A stretch of DNA of 64,000 bases from positions 62,001 through 126,000 of the forward strand of contig MNCI01002495.1 of the NCBI GenBank assembly GCA_015680685.1. Direction: 5' to 3'. Of the stretch, positions 37,450 to 52,140 are shown in pieces. The number at the start of each line of letters is the position of its first letter. The first letter of the stretch is position 1. This DNA is from Gnetum montanum (taxonomy: Eukaryota > Plantae > Gnetophyta). The position numbers and the translations under genes are program-made. The notes below the pieces were generated by a model that worked only from the letters and a program-made list of their open reading frames with translations, had not been told where the DNA came from and did no database searches.

Positions 37450-40400
37450 CATAATGCAAACCACAAATCCAACCATAATTGTAGGTTCTCAAGATTTAAA
37501 CCTTAGCTAAATATTAAGTACCATGTCCATTGTGGGAGGGACCACTCAACTGATAAACATATTAAATTTTAAAACCCCTATTACTTCAATATTTGCTTAT
37601 GTATCAATACTAAGACTCATTGTAACTCCAACAATAGCTACTACCTTTACAATTAGGTCTCCTTCACACCATACCCCTCCTTCAATTTCACATAGCTCAA
37701 TTCCTCTTTCTTTTGAAAGCATAGCATCTAATATCCCATTTGGAGAAGCTTATGAGGGACAAACTCTAGGGGACTTATTAAATCAAATAACACCAACAAT
37801 TCCCCAAGGACCATTATTTTTTCCTCTGGGAAGGAATGTGAAAGTCAAAAATTCACACTTACTACTCATTTTGAGGGGAACAACCAACAAAGATCCTATA
37901 ACTTATGTAAGAGAATTTGAAACTATGATAGTAATGTTAGCACATCTAAATAAGGATAGAATAAAAATTATAGCTTTTAAATCCACTTTAAAAGATAAAG
38001 CTACTTTTTGATTTTAAACTTTGTTGATTCAAATAACTTCATAGGATGGTTTTAAGGTAGCCTTCATTCAACGTTTCCTTTCAAATGATAGGCTATATAC
38101 ACTTAGGAAGAAACTTATGAGTTTCACACAAAGGAAAGAGCAATATTATGAAAGTACCTTTGATAGATTTAAAGGATTATTTCTTAAAATGGATTTCCAG
38201 CCCACTAGCTAATTTAAATCATTATAGAGGAATTATTAACATATTATATAAAAAATGTTGATTTTGCTTATAGGTGAAATATTTTAAACATAACACCAAA
38301 AAAAAGTTTGAGAACCATTAACTCTTTAGGATACCAAAGTAAATGCTAGCCAAAACTAGACATCATATAGGGTGTAATCCATTAAATTGAATAATTGAAT
38401 AGAAAAGTTGATGAGTTAACTAAATTAATAAAGAAACAAACTCTTTTTACTCAAGAAGAAACTTGTAACTTATGTGGGAATAGAAAACATGACATCACAA
38501 ATTGTACAATCTTATTCTATTGTAATAAAGAAATTCAAGAGTCTATGAGAGCCTTCCAAAATGAGAAACCACCTCCTTCACCTTTCCAAACAAGATCATT
38601 TTATCAACCATCAGCATCAATTCCCCAAAATAACTATAAACCATTGAGAAATCTAGTTAATGAACATCTAGACCATTTAACTTAAATTTTAACAGCATTT
38701 ATGGAAAAGAAATGGGTAATTTGTAGCCGAGACAAGGAGATGTTTCCAAGATTTAACAAAGGATGATTTACCTTCTCAGCCAAAACCAAATCCCATCAAT
38801 CAAAGAAAGGGTAAGGAACAGTTGCATTCTATAATCCCTAGGAGTAGAAAAATTATAGAGCTTAGACCCACAAAAAAAAGGTTAGCTTCTAAAATAACAT
38901 TAATGAGATACAAGACGAGGATCAACCACATATAATGGATAAGGAATGAAGTGAAGAAACAATGGAGAAAGAGGAACAGCCCTCAACCTCTACCTCCTTG
39001 AATAGGAAAGTAATTTTATCACCCTTCCCTAAATGGTTGCAAGAATATTTTACAACTAACGCACATATAGAAAAAATGTGTAATGAATTATATTTGCACA
39101 TTTCATTAGATCAAGTTGTTCGGGATACACCTCTTTATGCTAAATACTTAAGAGACTTATGTATAAAAATGAGGAAAGATAAAATTCCCAGACAAGCATA
39201 GTTGATTGACAACTTGCCTCAACTCATAAAAAGTCAAGAAATTCCTAAATACCAAGATTCGAGGTTCCAAAAATTCAAATAATAATTAATGAGAAAAACA
39301 TGTAAAATTCCTTATTGGATCTAGGTGCTAGCATTAATATTATGCCACTTGAAATAACTAAGTTACTTGACTTGGGAGATATAAGAAAAGTCAACATTTC
39401 AATATCTTTAGTAGAAGGCTCAAGTGTTAAATCCATGCGAGTGGTAGAAGATTTAATTATGGAGGTTGAAAAAGGAAAATAACCTGTTGATTTTGTTGTG
39501 TTTGAATTCAAAGATCTAGATTATTTCCCCATCATCCTAGGTAGACATTGGTTAGTAATAGTCAATGCAATAATTAATTGTAGATCAGGGTAACTCCAAT
39601 TATCTTTTGCCAATCTTACCTTTATGCTTAATATATTTGATCAAGAAAAAGAAGATCGGTTGAACAAAGATATTAAGGAAGCTAGGATGCTCTACACCAT
39701 ATCCACATCAGTAATGGCTCAAGATAGGAAAACACTGGTACTAAATAATTTTGAAGAAGGACCTTTAGACCCTTCTACAAAAGAGCAACAAGATCTTTTA
39801 GACCAAATTTTAAAATTTTTATTTAGGAGTATTAGAGATACAATTCAATCAACAATTAATGATTTTTTGGAACCTCTTGAATTATCTAACAATCTTAAGT
39901 ACATTTTACTTGATAAAAATAAAAATAAATCCTTAATAATAAATTCCAAACTTTCTATGGAACAAGAAATAAGATTAATAAAAGTTTTAAAATTAAAATG
40001 TAAGTAATTTTCATCGAGTTATGAAGACCTCCATCAACAAATTTTACCCAACATATGTTAGCACCACATCTATCTACAATAAAATGTTAAACCGATTAGA
40101 ATTCCCCTTAGAAGAATTAATCCAACTTTAAAGAAAATCATTAAAAATGAAGTCTTTAAACTTTGGAAAGAAGGAATTATTTATCTAGTAGCTAATATCA
40201 AGTGGTCAATTCCTATCATGGTAGTACTTACAAAGGGAAAAAAATGGAAAGTTTGTATAGATTATAGAAAACTTAACCAAAACACCAAAAGGGGCCATTT
40301 TCCCCTACCTTATATAGACCAAATCTTGGAGACACTAGAAGGGCATGAATATTATTAATTTTTGGATGGGTTTAGTGGTTACAATCAAGTAGCTATTCCA

Positions 40401-42794
40401 CTAGAAGATCAGAATAAAACAACCTTCACATGCCCATATGACACATTCACTTATTCACAGATGTCTTTTGGTCTTTGTAATCTACCTACTACCTTCCAAA
40501 GAGCTATGATATCAATTTTTTCCAATATCCTAGAAGAATATGTAGAAATATTTATGGATGATTTATTAGTATATGTGGATACTTATGAAAAAACATTAAA
40601 TCACTTGGAATGTGTCTTGGATAGATGTATTGAAAAAAAAAAAGTTTGGAAAAGAGTCATTTAATGGTAACAAGTGGTGTGGTTTTAGGACATGTAATTT
40701 CCAAAGAAGGAATTAAAATGGATGAGGAAAAAGTAAATGTAATCTCTACACTTCCAACCCCAAAAAAATTAAAAATACTTCAATACTTTCTAGATCACAC
40801 TAGATATTATAGTTGATTCATTAAAGGCTTTTCAAAAATAGCCAATCCTCTTTACATGCTCTTAGAAAAGGATGTTTCCTTTATATGGACTTATGACTAC
40901 CAAGAAGCCTTCTCTGAACTCAAGAAAAGAGTAACCATTGCTCTAATACTTAATGGACCTAATTGGAACTTTCCTTTGGATCTTATGTATGATGCAAGTG
41001 ACACAACAGTAGGGCCAATTTTGGAACAATACATAGATAATAAACCAAGGATGATTTACTATGTCTCTAAAAGTTTAGACTAATCCCAAGTTAACTCAAC
41101 TACTAAAAAAGAACTCTTGGCTATTGTATATACTTTTGATAAATTTACATGTTATTTAATAGGATATAAAACTAGAGTTTACATTGATCATTCAACCATA
41201 AAATTTCCAGCAAATAAAATAATATAAAATTCTAGGATTATAAGATAGTATCCTCTACTCCAAGAATTTGATCTTGATATAATAGATAAGAGTAGTAGAG
41301 AAAATTTTATGGAAAATAATCTTTCTAGACTACAAACAAAGGAGAAAAATAGAATAATAGGAGTGTTTAATGACAAGTTCCCTTATGAATCACTCTTTTC
41401 AACAAAAAAAGATCCTTGGTTCACAAACATAGTAAACTATCTAGCCACAATGAAAATACCAACTCAATGAAGTAAGGAAGAGAAAAAGTCTTTTCTAAGA
41501 GACATTTCCAAGTATATTAAGAATGAACCATATCCTTACTAAATCTATAAGGACAACATGGTAGGAAGATGTATGGTAGAAGAAGAGCAACAAGAAATCC
41601 TACACATGTTTCATGATGACCTTGGAGATGGACATTTTGATAGCTGATGAACTACTATAAAAATATTACAGAGTGGGTTTTATTGGCCCACTTGATTAAA
41701 GATGCTCATTCATATGGCCAAGGATGTGAAAATGTCAATGTTTAGGGGCAATTACAAAAAGACAAGAGATGCCACTTAATCCCATTTTAATAATAGAACC
41801 TATCAATGTATGGGGCATAGACTTTTTAGAACCATTCCCACCTTTCAATGGATGTTAATACATCTTAGTATGTATCTATTATGTCACTTACTAAATGGAT
41901 GGAGGATAAAGCTACCCCAACAAATGATGTTAAAGTAGTTTTAGCTTTTCTAAGAGAACACAATTTGGAACTCCACAAGTAATCATTAGTGATCAAGGAA
42001 CTTATTTTGTAAATAAAATAATGAATAAATCCCTTAATTCTTATGGAATCCAACATAAAATAGTCACTTCCTCTCATTCCCAAACAAATGGTGAAGTCAA
42101 AAATCGAAATAGAATTATTCTAAAGATCTTAATAAAAACCATCTATGCTAAAAAGAAAGATTGGTCTAAAAAATTACACAATGCACTTTGGGCTTATAGG
42201 ATTATGTATAAACAAAATTTAGAACATTCACCTTATCAATTGATTTATGGAAAATAATGTTTATTACCCTTTGAAATAAAATATGAATCCTTAAGATTAT
42301 CATAACAATTAAATTTTGATGAAGAAATCAATCAAGACTTTAGAATCACTCAATTACATGAACTTGACAAAGTACATATGCATGCACTTAATAAGAAAAG
42401 AATAATTAAGAAACAAATGAATTGTATGCAAGATAAAAACATACTTAAGAAACATTTCTCATAAGGTGATAAAGTCTTATTGTATAATATGAGACTGCAT
42501 AAATTTCTAGAAAAACTAACAACTCGATGGAAAGGCCCACATCTAGTGTTATAACCCCATAGTAATGGCAGTGTCTTGATTGTACCCATAGAAGACCTAT
42601 CTATTACACTTCTAGTAAATGGCCAGAGACTTAAGCATTACCATCAACACCAATTTGAGGAACTAGGAGAGGATGAGTTGGTAGAATTAAGTGATCCTAA
42701 TTACCCAAGAAAGGAATCATGTGATGACAATGCTCAAGTAGAAGTCAAGGCTATGGAAAGTAATTTTAAGCAAACATCTTATTTAATATTATAA
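37450..42794 (+). pseudogene. Athila gag-pol pseudogene (Gag, CCHC, protease, RT, RNase H, integrase)
   Basis: 'DPITYVREFE' (Gag), 'CNLCGNRKHDITNC' (knuckle), 'LLDLGASINIMP' (PR), 'LDGFSGYNQ...KTTFTCPY...FMDD' (RT), 'LMYDASD' (RH), 'WGIDF' and 'HSQTNGEV..NR' (INT), 'VNGQRLKHY' (Athila INT end). Confidence 0.93.
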
Positions 42795-45214
42795 AAATAA
42801 TAAAAACATAATTTTCTATAGCCTATACCTAAAAATGTAGAAGGACAACTCCTCCTACCTTCAATTAGGTAGGTTTAAAACCAAAATCCAACTACGGGTA
42901 AGCCTTATACTAATAAAAAATAAATTATATATAATAAACGTTATTGTTTTCTTTTCAAAAAAATATTCTTTGGGTATAATTTCCATAAGTCATGGGAAGA
43001 AATAGCTAAGTTTAGGTTAATTCTTATCAATGTATGGTTCTATTAATTTCCTACTTGGATAAGTTAATAAGATGGAAAGGACGTGTTATATTGGGTATAA
43101 CATCTAAGGTGGTACAATCATTTGAAACTCAATTAGTGCCCATGTTAGCAACCCATTCAAATACAAAATAAATTTTGCTTCCACAAGAATCTCCTAATTA
43201 AAGAATGCCAAATATAGTAATTCTTATTATTTCAAAAAAAAAGTTTGTTAAGAAAATATGACCCCATAAAAACTTTCCATCATGAGTAAAGCCACACTCC
43301 CATAAGAACCTTATAGTTAAGGTGGTGCTCAAAATCTCACAATTCAAAGCATCCCACATGAACCTTATTCTATGAGGCAAGTGCATATGGTTAGAGAAGT
43401 AATTCTTACATATGATTTCATATTCTACCACCTGTGAGCTAGGATGTGACATTGTACAAGGTTGGTTAAGTTACCTAAGGATGTATTTTCATAGCTACCA
43501 TCAATTTTATCCATTCACCTTACTTAGCTCATTTAGTCCCTTAGCTTGTAGTAATTCATACCTCAAGGACTATTGTTTAAAAAAATTTTCTTTTATATAT
43601 TATTTAACAAATTTTACATTCCTATATCACTTTCCCATTTCTATCTATATTTCCCCATTTTTCTTCTAGGTTACCACCTATTATGTTCATAAGGGATTAA
43701 AACTCTTTGACCCTTCAATTATGTCCCAATGTGCCTTTCATAAGAGTTAGTGATTGAGATCCCTACTATGGAAAAGCATTATGAATACTAATTATTGGAA
43801 GATCAAAGGTTAACAATTTCTCATTTATAAGGGAGAATATATATAATCCATAGCATTTTTCCTTTTGGCTAAATCTCCTAGATTGTCTGAATATTCTTCT
43901 TAATAATAATAACTCAACTAATTAACCTAGGATGGGATATACCTTAGATTAATTAGGAGGGATAAGCACCTTAAAATTGGATAGGATAGTAGGGTATAAA
44001 CAACATGGAAGCTGATCCAAGAGCAAGTTAGGGAATTAGTTTATTGAAAGAAATGCATCTTGGATCCTTAAAACTTATGAAAGGTAGAAACCTTGAGATT
44101 GTAAGTCATTCTTCCAATAAATGAAGTAGGTATTTTGAGGAGAATTTTAGCCCAATAATCCTAAGAAGGACATTCATAATTGAGTATGTGAATTTCTACC
44201 TTAATAATAAGATTTCATGATACGAAGTGAAAAAGGAAGTAATTTTTATAAATAAATTAGCTAATAAATTATTTTCTTAATATTGATTTCTATTGAAGGG
44301 AGTGATTGAATGTAATTAATAAGATTATTTTATTAAGGGACATTGTAGAATCAATGTCCATAGATGCAATATGAGAAAAAGAAACACTTAGGGTCCAACT
44401 ATATTGATAAACATTGCATTATTGAATGATAAATCCAACCAAACTATATAAATCCATGTGATTCAAATTGATAAGGTAGAATCTATGTTCAAGTTATTAA
44501 TAAATATATTGATCATATCAATTCAAATTGATATATTAATATACTAGGATATTGATCCATGTCTATTTGATCAATATGGATTAATAAAGAAAGATTTTTC
44601 CCAAGAGTTTTGTGTCTAAACAACGTGACCCTGATGGGTATCAATATGTTAATACATAGTGATATCAATTCATGTAAATTTTATTAATGATAAATAAATG
44701 AGAATTTTTCCCAAATTTTTCACATCTAAATAGCATGATCGTGATGAACTTCGATAAGTTGGAAACTTAATGTTCGATTATATTGATTTATACCACAATT
44801 TCGATGGAGTTTAACCCAATTCATATCAAGAAATATTAATTCTTTAAAAACATTGATATGATGGAAATACAAAAAATTAAAATGTAACAGTAAGACAGTC
44901 ACCTTATAATATAAAGCCACCACCCATTGTGATAGATCTTATCCCTACAAAACCCTCTCTCATCACTATGCATTCTTTTCCTTCTTCTATGACAACTAGG
45001 GCTCACTCAATCATCATCACTCCTTTGTCTTTTCTGCTCATCCAACCCTCTAAGAACAACGGTTGCATAACAAGGGATCCATGTCATACAAAGCACCATC
45101 CTTTTTACACTTAGTAAGTATATTTTTCCATTTAGGACTGGTTTTCACATTCTAAGATTAGATAATGACATTTTTGACTCTTCAAACATTTTCCACACAC
45201 AAGTAGTTGTATAA

Positions 45215-46318
45215 ATGGCCAAGTCATCCACCACTAAGTAACAAGCCAAGGTAAGAATGGGCTTTAGTGAGGAAATTAATGATAATTGTCATTTATTCAA
45301 CTTTTTTATCATATTTTAGGCTCCTAGAAATGAAAGGTTGAAGGTTACTTCCTACAACTAGGAGGTAAACTACACTGAGTAGCAACTTGAAATAATGGGA
45401 TGTAAAGCATGCATCTAATCTCCTATTTGATTGATTTTACCAGGAAGAAGTCATGAAGTTTTATAAAAACTTGAAGCCACATTTCATCAAGATGGAACCT
45501 CCTAAATGTTCCCTAGTTTCCTCTATGAGGAAAACTAGGGTAAAGATCACTGTAGTGCAACTTTAGGAGTGTTTCAGCCTTCTAGCCATGGGGAAAGGAC
45601 ACTTTTAGGTCCAAAGCTAGCATGGAAGAGAAATATGATCTCTTCCATCAATTCATCAAAGAATTAGACTTCAATACGTTGCAAACCTAGGGGTTACACT
45701 TTGTGAACTTGAGGCTTGAGCATCATGTGATGGCTAGGATGATCATTATGAATGTTCTGTCATCCACACATACCACATACATCTTGAGCCTAGCTCTTTG
45801 AGTGATGAAGGCTTTGAAATTCAAAAAGAAGGAAAATTTCATGTACTTGCCAATAAAAGTACATGATGTATTAGTATAATGATGATGCACTCAAACTTTG
45901 CTTTCCTTTCTTATTTCAACTATTTTAAAGAAGTCAAGGGGTGGAAAAACCCCAAACAAGCATGAAGGTGCACCTTACTATGTTGAAAAAGGACACCTTC
46001 ACTTGATTCATCAAAATCTACATCAAGCTTAGCTCCTTTATTAAGGAATTGGATGACCCTAGCTTTTCATTACCACCAAAGGCTAGTGAAGTTTGGAAAT
46101 TCATAGGGAAGATATGAGCTTAGTTGCAATAGATCAAGCCTATCCAATGAGAGATATTAACAATGTTGGAGAAAGTAAGCCACACTCTCATAGCCTTTGA
46201 TAGGAGGATAGTAGACATCGAGAAGAATGTCCATCCTCAAATTAGAGATGATGATGAGGGGGATGAATCCTTCCACTTTGAGGAGGACATGGAGGTAGAA
46301 AGAGAATCAGAGGCATGA
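45215..46318 (+). pseudogene. Env-like/extra gene of the Athila element, with a putative intron at 45251-45319
   Basis: ATG 45215, AAG|GTAAGA...TTTTAG intron, then 'FYQEEVMKFYKNL' (cf. Athila env-like YxxLVREFYANL), and an acidic C-terminus 'DDDEGDESFHFEEDMEVERESEA*'. Many stops. Confidence 0.65.
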
Positions 46319-46693
46319 TCCTCATATAAAGTTAATTTTATTTTTAATTTTAATGTTGTTCTTATGGCCATCGAACCATTTTTGGTTGGCATGGACATGT
46401 TCTAGTTTATAGTGTTATGTAATTAATCTTTTTTTATGATAAAAATGGATTATTGTGATAAGGGATGCTTACTGTTTTAATTTTTATAAATAATATGAAT
46501 ATTTTGATTAATCTATGACATAATTTACATTTATAGCAAGTACTATTCCATTTTATTGCTTTTGTAGTTATATTAAATAGTTGGAATGGATTTGCTTATA
46601 ATACAATAGACATGCTTTATAATATATATCTCCTTTTTTACCATATTATTGTCTTTGTTGGCCAAGAACAAGCCAAAGGCTTGAAGAAGGTTG

Positions 46694-47718
46694 TGCTAAG
46701 CCTCCAAATGCCCTAGTTTTCATGATAAAACTTTTCTAATTATTCTTTTTTTTTTGGCTATTTTACCATATCAAAGTGCATTGATTTCTTCAATGTCAAT
46801 CAATAAGGACTAATTGCTTTGTTAAGTCTATGTTCTGATAGGACATCACGGGATCAATAAATATTGACAAAGATATTGAGTAAAATCAAGAATTTTAATA
46901 TTATCTAAAGAAAAATATATTGATCCACAACACCCAAATCAATTTGGATTGACCTAAATTATAGCAATTTCCACAACATCTATAATAAAGATCGATATCA
47001 TCCAACAAAAGGAAACTACACCTCACCATAGAAGTGGGATATTAATCTACACCACAAGTGTGACACAAATCAACCATCAAAGAACATCACTAGCACAATA
47101 TAGTTCAATAATATCATATCATTGTATCAATCCTCATTGATTCCCTCGATGAATATCAATATGTGTATTTTATGAATTTTTCCCAAATATGATGTAAGCT
47201 CTTCAAGTATAAATGGAAGAGCTTGGCATCCAATTTGGGGGAAGTCATTACCTAAGAGACCCCATATCAAGTTTAAATCCAATTCTTAATTTTCCTTGAA
47301 TAATCATTAAATTGAATATTTTTTGAGCCTTGTGACAACTAAGGACCATTAGAGTCCATAAGCAAGCTATTGAGGTTGCTACACCATGGAAGAAATAAGG
47401 TAGGATCAAAGATTGAGTGATACCTCCCTTATGATCTTCACAATCCATGTTTATACTTTATGATTTCAATGTGATTTAATCATTAGCTTTCACTCTTGAA
47501 CTTAAGATTAGAAGTTAGCATGATGATTCTTGATTTTTCTTATGAGTAATAGTCTTAAGTGTGGGATTTTATTGTTTTTTATCCTAGGTATTTTATATCT
47601 TATTGATTTTTTTAACTTTGGTCTATTCCTCCATGGATATCACTCATAGGTTAGTTATAGCAAAGGTAACATTTCTACAATGAAGGCAATCTAGCATCAA
47701 ATTTTGGTTAGCTCATCA
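46694..47718 (+). repeat. 3' LTR of the Athila element
   Basis: Follows the pre-PPT motif ttggccaagaacaagccaaaggcttgaagaaggttg. Starts TGCTAAG, TATA ~47208, ends GCTCATCA. 3' half matches 27493-27976. Confidence 0.85.
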
Positions 47719-48740
47719 AACCACGTTAGCTCATAGAGCAAGTTCATAAAAATTGATATTGGCTCTATAAGAAAATATTTTTTGGTTCTACAATGACAAC
47801 TTGTAGAAGCAGTTTGTAGAGCTTTAAAATGGCTCTACAAAGAATCTCTACCATGTAAGCTCTTAAGATAGCTTACTTCCATAGAACCAAAATCTAGTTT
47901 TATGAAGAAGCTCTATGAATTGCATCATAGCTCTACCATGTTAGCCCATAGAGAAAGCTTGTAGAACTGAAAATTAGTTCCACAAAATGGTTCTTCCACT
48001 TCATCATCCACAATACATCCTTGTTAGAATAAGCTTTTAGAGCCTAAAAATAGTTCTGCTAATAAGCTTTGAAGTAGTTCTATGAGTCACATCAACATCT
48101 ACCATGTCAACTTCTCCACATCAATTATCATGGCTTACATTCATTGAACCATCTACAAATATAGGCAAAAGTAGTTCTATGAGTCATGTTGCGACATCAA
48201 CTTATAGAACTAGTTTGTGTTGTTAATATTCAACTCTACAAACAAGCTCTACATGCCACATCATCTCTTTACCATGTCAGCTTGTAAAGCAAGCTTGTAG
48301 AACCAAAAAATGGTTATACAAAATGGTTCTACCACATTTTCTTTAGAGTTTAGCTTATTTTTGTAGGGGTAAAATCTAGTTCTATGAAGAAGCTCTACGA
48401 GCCATGTTAGAGCTCATCTCAAACCCACAAAGGAACATATTTCACACACATGTGCATTACATTTTTAATTCAGCTTACCAGGGGCAAGATGTAGCACTTG
48501 GAACAAAGTTTAGTTGTATAAAGATGCCCTACAATCATTTTACCATGTCAAATTTTCCATATAATGAACCAAACAACTCTATAAAAAAATTCATAAAAGG
48601 CTTTACAACTAATGACAATGTGAAGGCTAAGCCATAAGTTATATCAACAAAAAGAGCTAAGAGTATCATAGAGCCACCACTAATGTGTAGAACTTTCATC
48701 GAAGCTCAAAGCAAAGAGCGCAAAGCCACCATTAACACAT
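47719..48740. repeat. Degenerate tandem/motif array, right part (continuation of 25830-27480)
   Basis: Same ctctaccatgtcagc / gtagaaccaaaa motifs. A TATA (~49197) and LTR-like sequence follow, so this is probably the U3 of an older LTR. Confidence 0.65.
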
Positions 48741-50559
48741 AGAGTGATCATAAGGAAAATAAGCTATATTTGTGAAAATAAAACAAGGAGTGTAAATTAA
48801 AGAGCTAATAGTTACATGATCATTTGAATTTTTTGATGACAGTTACTAGTATCATAGATGAAATCACTAACTAAAAGCTTGAATTAAGGTTCAAACCTAC
48901 ACGGGAGCTACTTTGACAATTTTAATAAAATTCCCAACTAAATTAGTTATGGAAATAATGATTGTCAAGGAAGTCTTCAATAAATACAATGAATCAAGCT
49001 TATTAAAGCTCTCTAAATTAGGGAGATAAAAGCTTTCCTAAATCATGAAAATTGCTAGTTGAGGGGCTACAAATTTGAAGAATGAGGAAAATTTATTAAT
49101 AGAATAGTTATCCAATTCCCTGCAATTATATGAATAGGAATTGATGCAAATGTAGCTTTTAAGTTTTTTAATGGTTGTAATTGTCGGTGTCTACTATATA
49201 AAGCCTAGAGTAGATTTGTTTAAAAAAATAGTGGCATTTAGACAGAGAGAAGGAATGATTAACATCAAAAAAATAATTGTAAAGACTGTGGCATTTTAAA
49301 TAGGTTCTTCTATCTCTTTTACCTTTTTCTTTTTAGATTTGTACTTTAATAGCTTCTCCTTTCTATTTAGCTTGAAAGTGGCACAGTCACACATCAATGG
49401 ATCATTAGTTTTGGAATAGGTTATTTGATCTATGAGGTAAGGTTTATCTTACTTTTGTTATTCTGGTTGGATGAGATAGCTTTTATAAGTGTCAATCCTT
49501 AACTAGTCTAGCACAAAATTATTGTCGTCTTCTTGTATTTCTAAACTTTATGGATAATCATCTTTCCTCAATTTTGTATTCTATTTACAAAGCTTTTATG
49601 ATTTTACTTTGAAAAGTTAGCTAGCAGACAATTTAGAATTTGTGATTGACATTTTCTATAAAACCATCCATTTATTATATGGGTGCTATGCAAGGAATAA
49701 AAGCTAAACCTATAGGAAATCTATTCAATTCTTTTAAATCATGCTAAAAGACAACCAAAAGAGATAGACATCGATTTTATATAAGAAAAAGATTCTTATG
49801 TTAGATCTTCATGTTTGCCTAGATAAAGATTTCTTGTTATATACATTGAGTAACATTAGCTTATTAACATCAATAGAGGCAATTTGGAGGCATCCATGAC
49901 TTGGTGGTACTAGAGACCAATAAACCACATTTAAAAAGTATATTAAAGTTGTTTCTTATGGCAGAGTTGATTTTGATTCTACTACAATAGCCTGAACTGG
50001 TGCTAGAAGGAGAGCTAACCTTCATACAAGAACATTTTCTTTTTATTATTAGAAGTAGGCTATAACATAAATGAAGTCATTTAAATTTATTGCTTTTGGA
50101 ACCAAGTTCAAAATGTGATAAAATGATATATAATAAGTTTTATTTAATAAAAAAGTAGTATTAGCAATAATAGCATTGAATAGAAGATTCACATGGCCTA
50201 TCCTTTGAATAGAGAACTTAATATGAAGGTGATCTATAATATTTCCTAAACAAATAATTTATGTTGATATTCAAAGAATAAATCAAAAAAAGCATATATA
50301 AGCTCTATTTAATCTATGAAAAATGGTTAGTAAGCTAGTTCTATGATTACCACCAACATTAGGATCTAAAACTACAAGCCTATTTCTAAAAGAAGACTAT
50401 GCTCTTTATTCATATTTTTAAAAATTAAAAGGAAATCCTCCTATTCCATTAGAAGCATTTTTTAATATATTAAAATCTTCACAAATCAACCAAACAATAT
50501 CAAGCTTTTTCTTGGAAATCACATAAAGCATATATACTATAAATACCAAACATCGAATC

Positions 50560-50830
50560 ATCATTCTCATCATCATCCTAGTCTTATCCTATCAAAATGG
50601 GATCAACTAAATAAGTTTTCTTTCACTATTCATCTTCATGAAGAGATAGATCTTTTTTTATTTGCAATTTCTTGAAATCATCTTGCATATTTTTTTCTCA
50701 TATCTTTTTTTATCTTTCTTTTAGTGGCTTTCCTAGAACAATTATGTAGCAATCTTTTTTAATAGACTCAATATCTAATCTTCTTTGCATATGTTTTCAT
50801 GTCCTCATTTTTAAATGATATCGTTCTATA
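50560..50830 (-). mobile_element. 3' fragment of an RTE-clade LINE
   Basis: (CAT)n tail plus 'ttatcctatcaaaatgggat' hairpin typical of plant RTE 3' ends. Minus-strand peptides 'HMQRRLD' and 'RKATKR' fit the RTE C-terminus. Confidence 0.6.
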
Positions 50831-50839
50831 ACTAGGGGT

Positions 50840-51297
50840 TGTAATTATTATAACAAGACTTCATGATAAAAGAGAATATTATAACTATGACCATGTCTCT
50901 TGAGAAAACCCTTAGGGATTTGTCCTAAGGTATTTATATTGGTAAATTAGAGGCCACATCACCATGAAGTTACAAAGCCAATAATGGCAACTAACAAAAG
51001 TCAAGTAAAGAAGTAATGCAAAGGGCTTGGCCATCCCTTGTAGCCAAGTCTAAGCCTAATCATGGTGGCAATCTTAGATTACCTATATGGAATATATGTT
51101 GAAGGGAGATAATCCTAGGAAACCCTTAGAGCATAACCCAAATACACTTATTCATTTATAATTTTCTTATTAATAAAGTTCTTTTTCATTTATTTTTACA
51201 TGTTTATTATTATGATTAATATGCATAATGTTAAATATAACATATATTTGATGTTTTCCATGACATCTAAGAACAAGATATTACAATTGGTATCAGA
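50840..51297 (+). mobile_element. Short LTR (50840-51285) with tRNA-iMet PBS; 5' end of a truncated element
   Basis: Termini TGTAAT...ATTACA (perfect 6-bp inverted repeat), followed by TGGTATCAGA at 51288-51297. Confidence 0.75.
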
Positions 51298-51449
51298 AAA
51301 AACCATGACTCAAGGAAAACCATAATTCAAGATGAACTATAAGCCATGATATAGAGTGAGTCATCAACCATCACTAGAAGTGCACTATGTCCATGGAACA
51401 ATTTATGATCTATGGAAAATAATAATCTATAAGAATTTCTTTCTAATAC

Positions 51450-52140
51450 ATTAACTTCAAAGGATGTCAATCAAGGTTGACTTACACGAATATAACAAAG
51501 TACTACTCCAATTACATTAAGACCCCTCTCCCTATATATCAACTTCCATGAACACCAATTAAACTAATTTCAATGATATCAAATGAGAGAAGAACTAACA
51601 AAACACAGCAAATGCATGAGATTATAAGACAAGATAGTCAGTAAAGGATATTAAGGGATAACATTTCTTCTAGGTGATCTTTAACCATTTCTTAATAGTG
51701 GTAAACTTTCCCATAGTTAAGTAAGAATACAAGATTAGATGAAGAGGAGAGATTGCTTAAATAAGTAGTCTCCTATTATTACTAAAAAGAAACTTTCTTT
51801 GACATTTTAGAAGGTTTCTTCTCTGCATTAGTAACATTATCCTTCTATTTTCCTATATGTCATTCATTGGTCTACTAGTTACGAGTATGGATTCTTATCT
51901 AACATGATGGAAAAGAATGACCAAATGTTCCAAATGTAGAAAGTAAACGGGTATTTTGGGATTCAATATGATATGGAATAGGATGAGGATAGGAAGTATG
52001 GATTGGATAAGCAATAGAAGTGGAATAATAGGTAATAGTATGAGATACAATTAGATCCTGGTTGTTTAGAATAGCACAAATGTGATAAGAAGATTAGAAA
52101 GAGTGATTTAGATTTGATGCAATGATAGTGTACTTAAAAT
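51450..52140 (-). mobile_element. Decayed gypsy gag-protease region (continues at 58330-58810)
   Basis: Minus strand has a knuckle-like 'GTFGHSFPSC', a Pro/Tyr-rich linker and a 'VDI.EGLNV'-like protease relic. Split by the Copia insertion. Confidence 0.4.

Larger units (their letters stand above)
27493..47718 (+). mobile_element. Decayed autonomous-type Athila (Ty3/gypsy) element with truncated 5' LTR; hosts copy B
   Basis: Partial 5' LTR 27493-27976, PBS-Asp, gag-PR-RT-RH-INT, long 3' region with env-like gene, 3' LTR 46694-47718. TSD is not recoverable because the 5' end is deleted. Confidence 0.9.
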
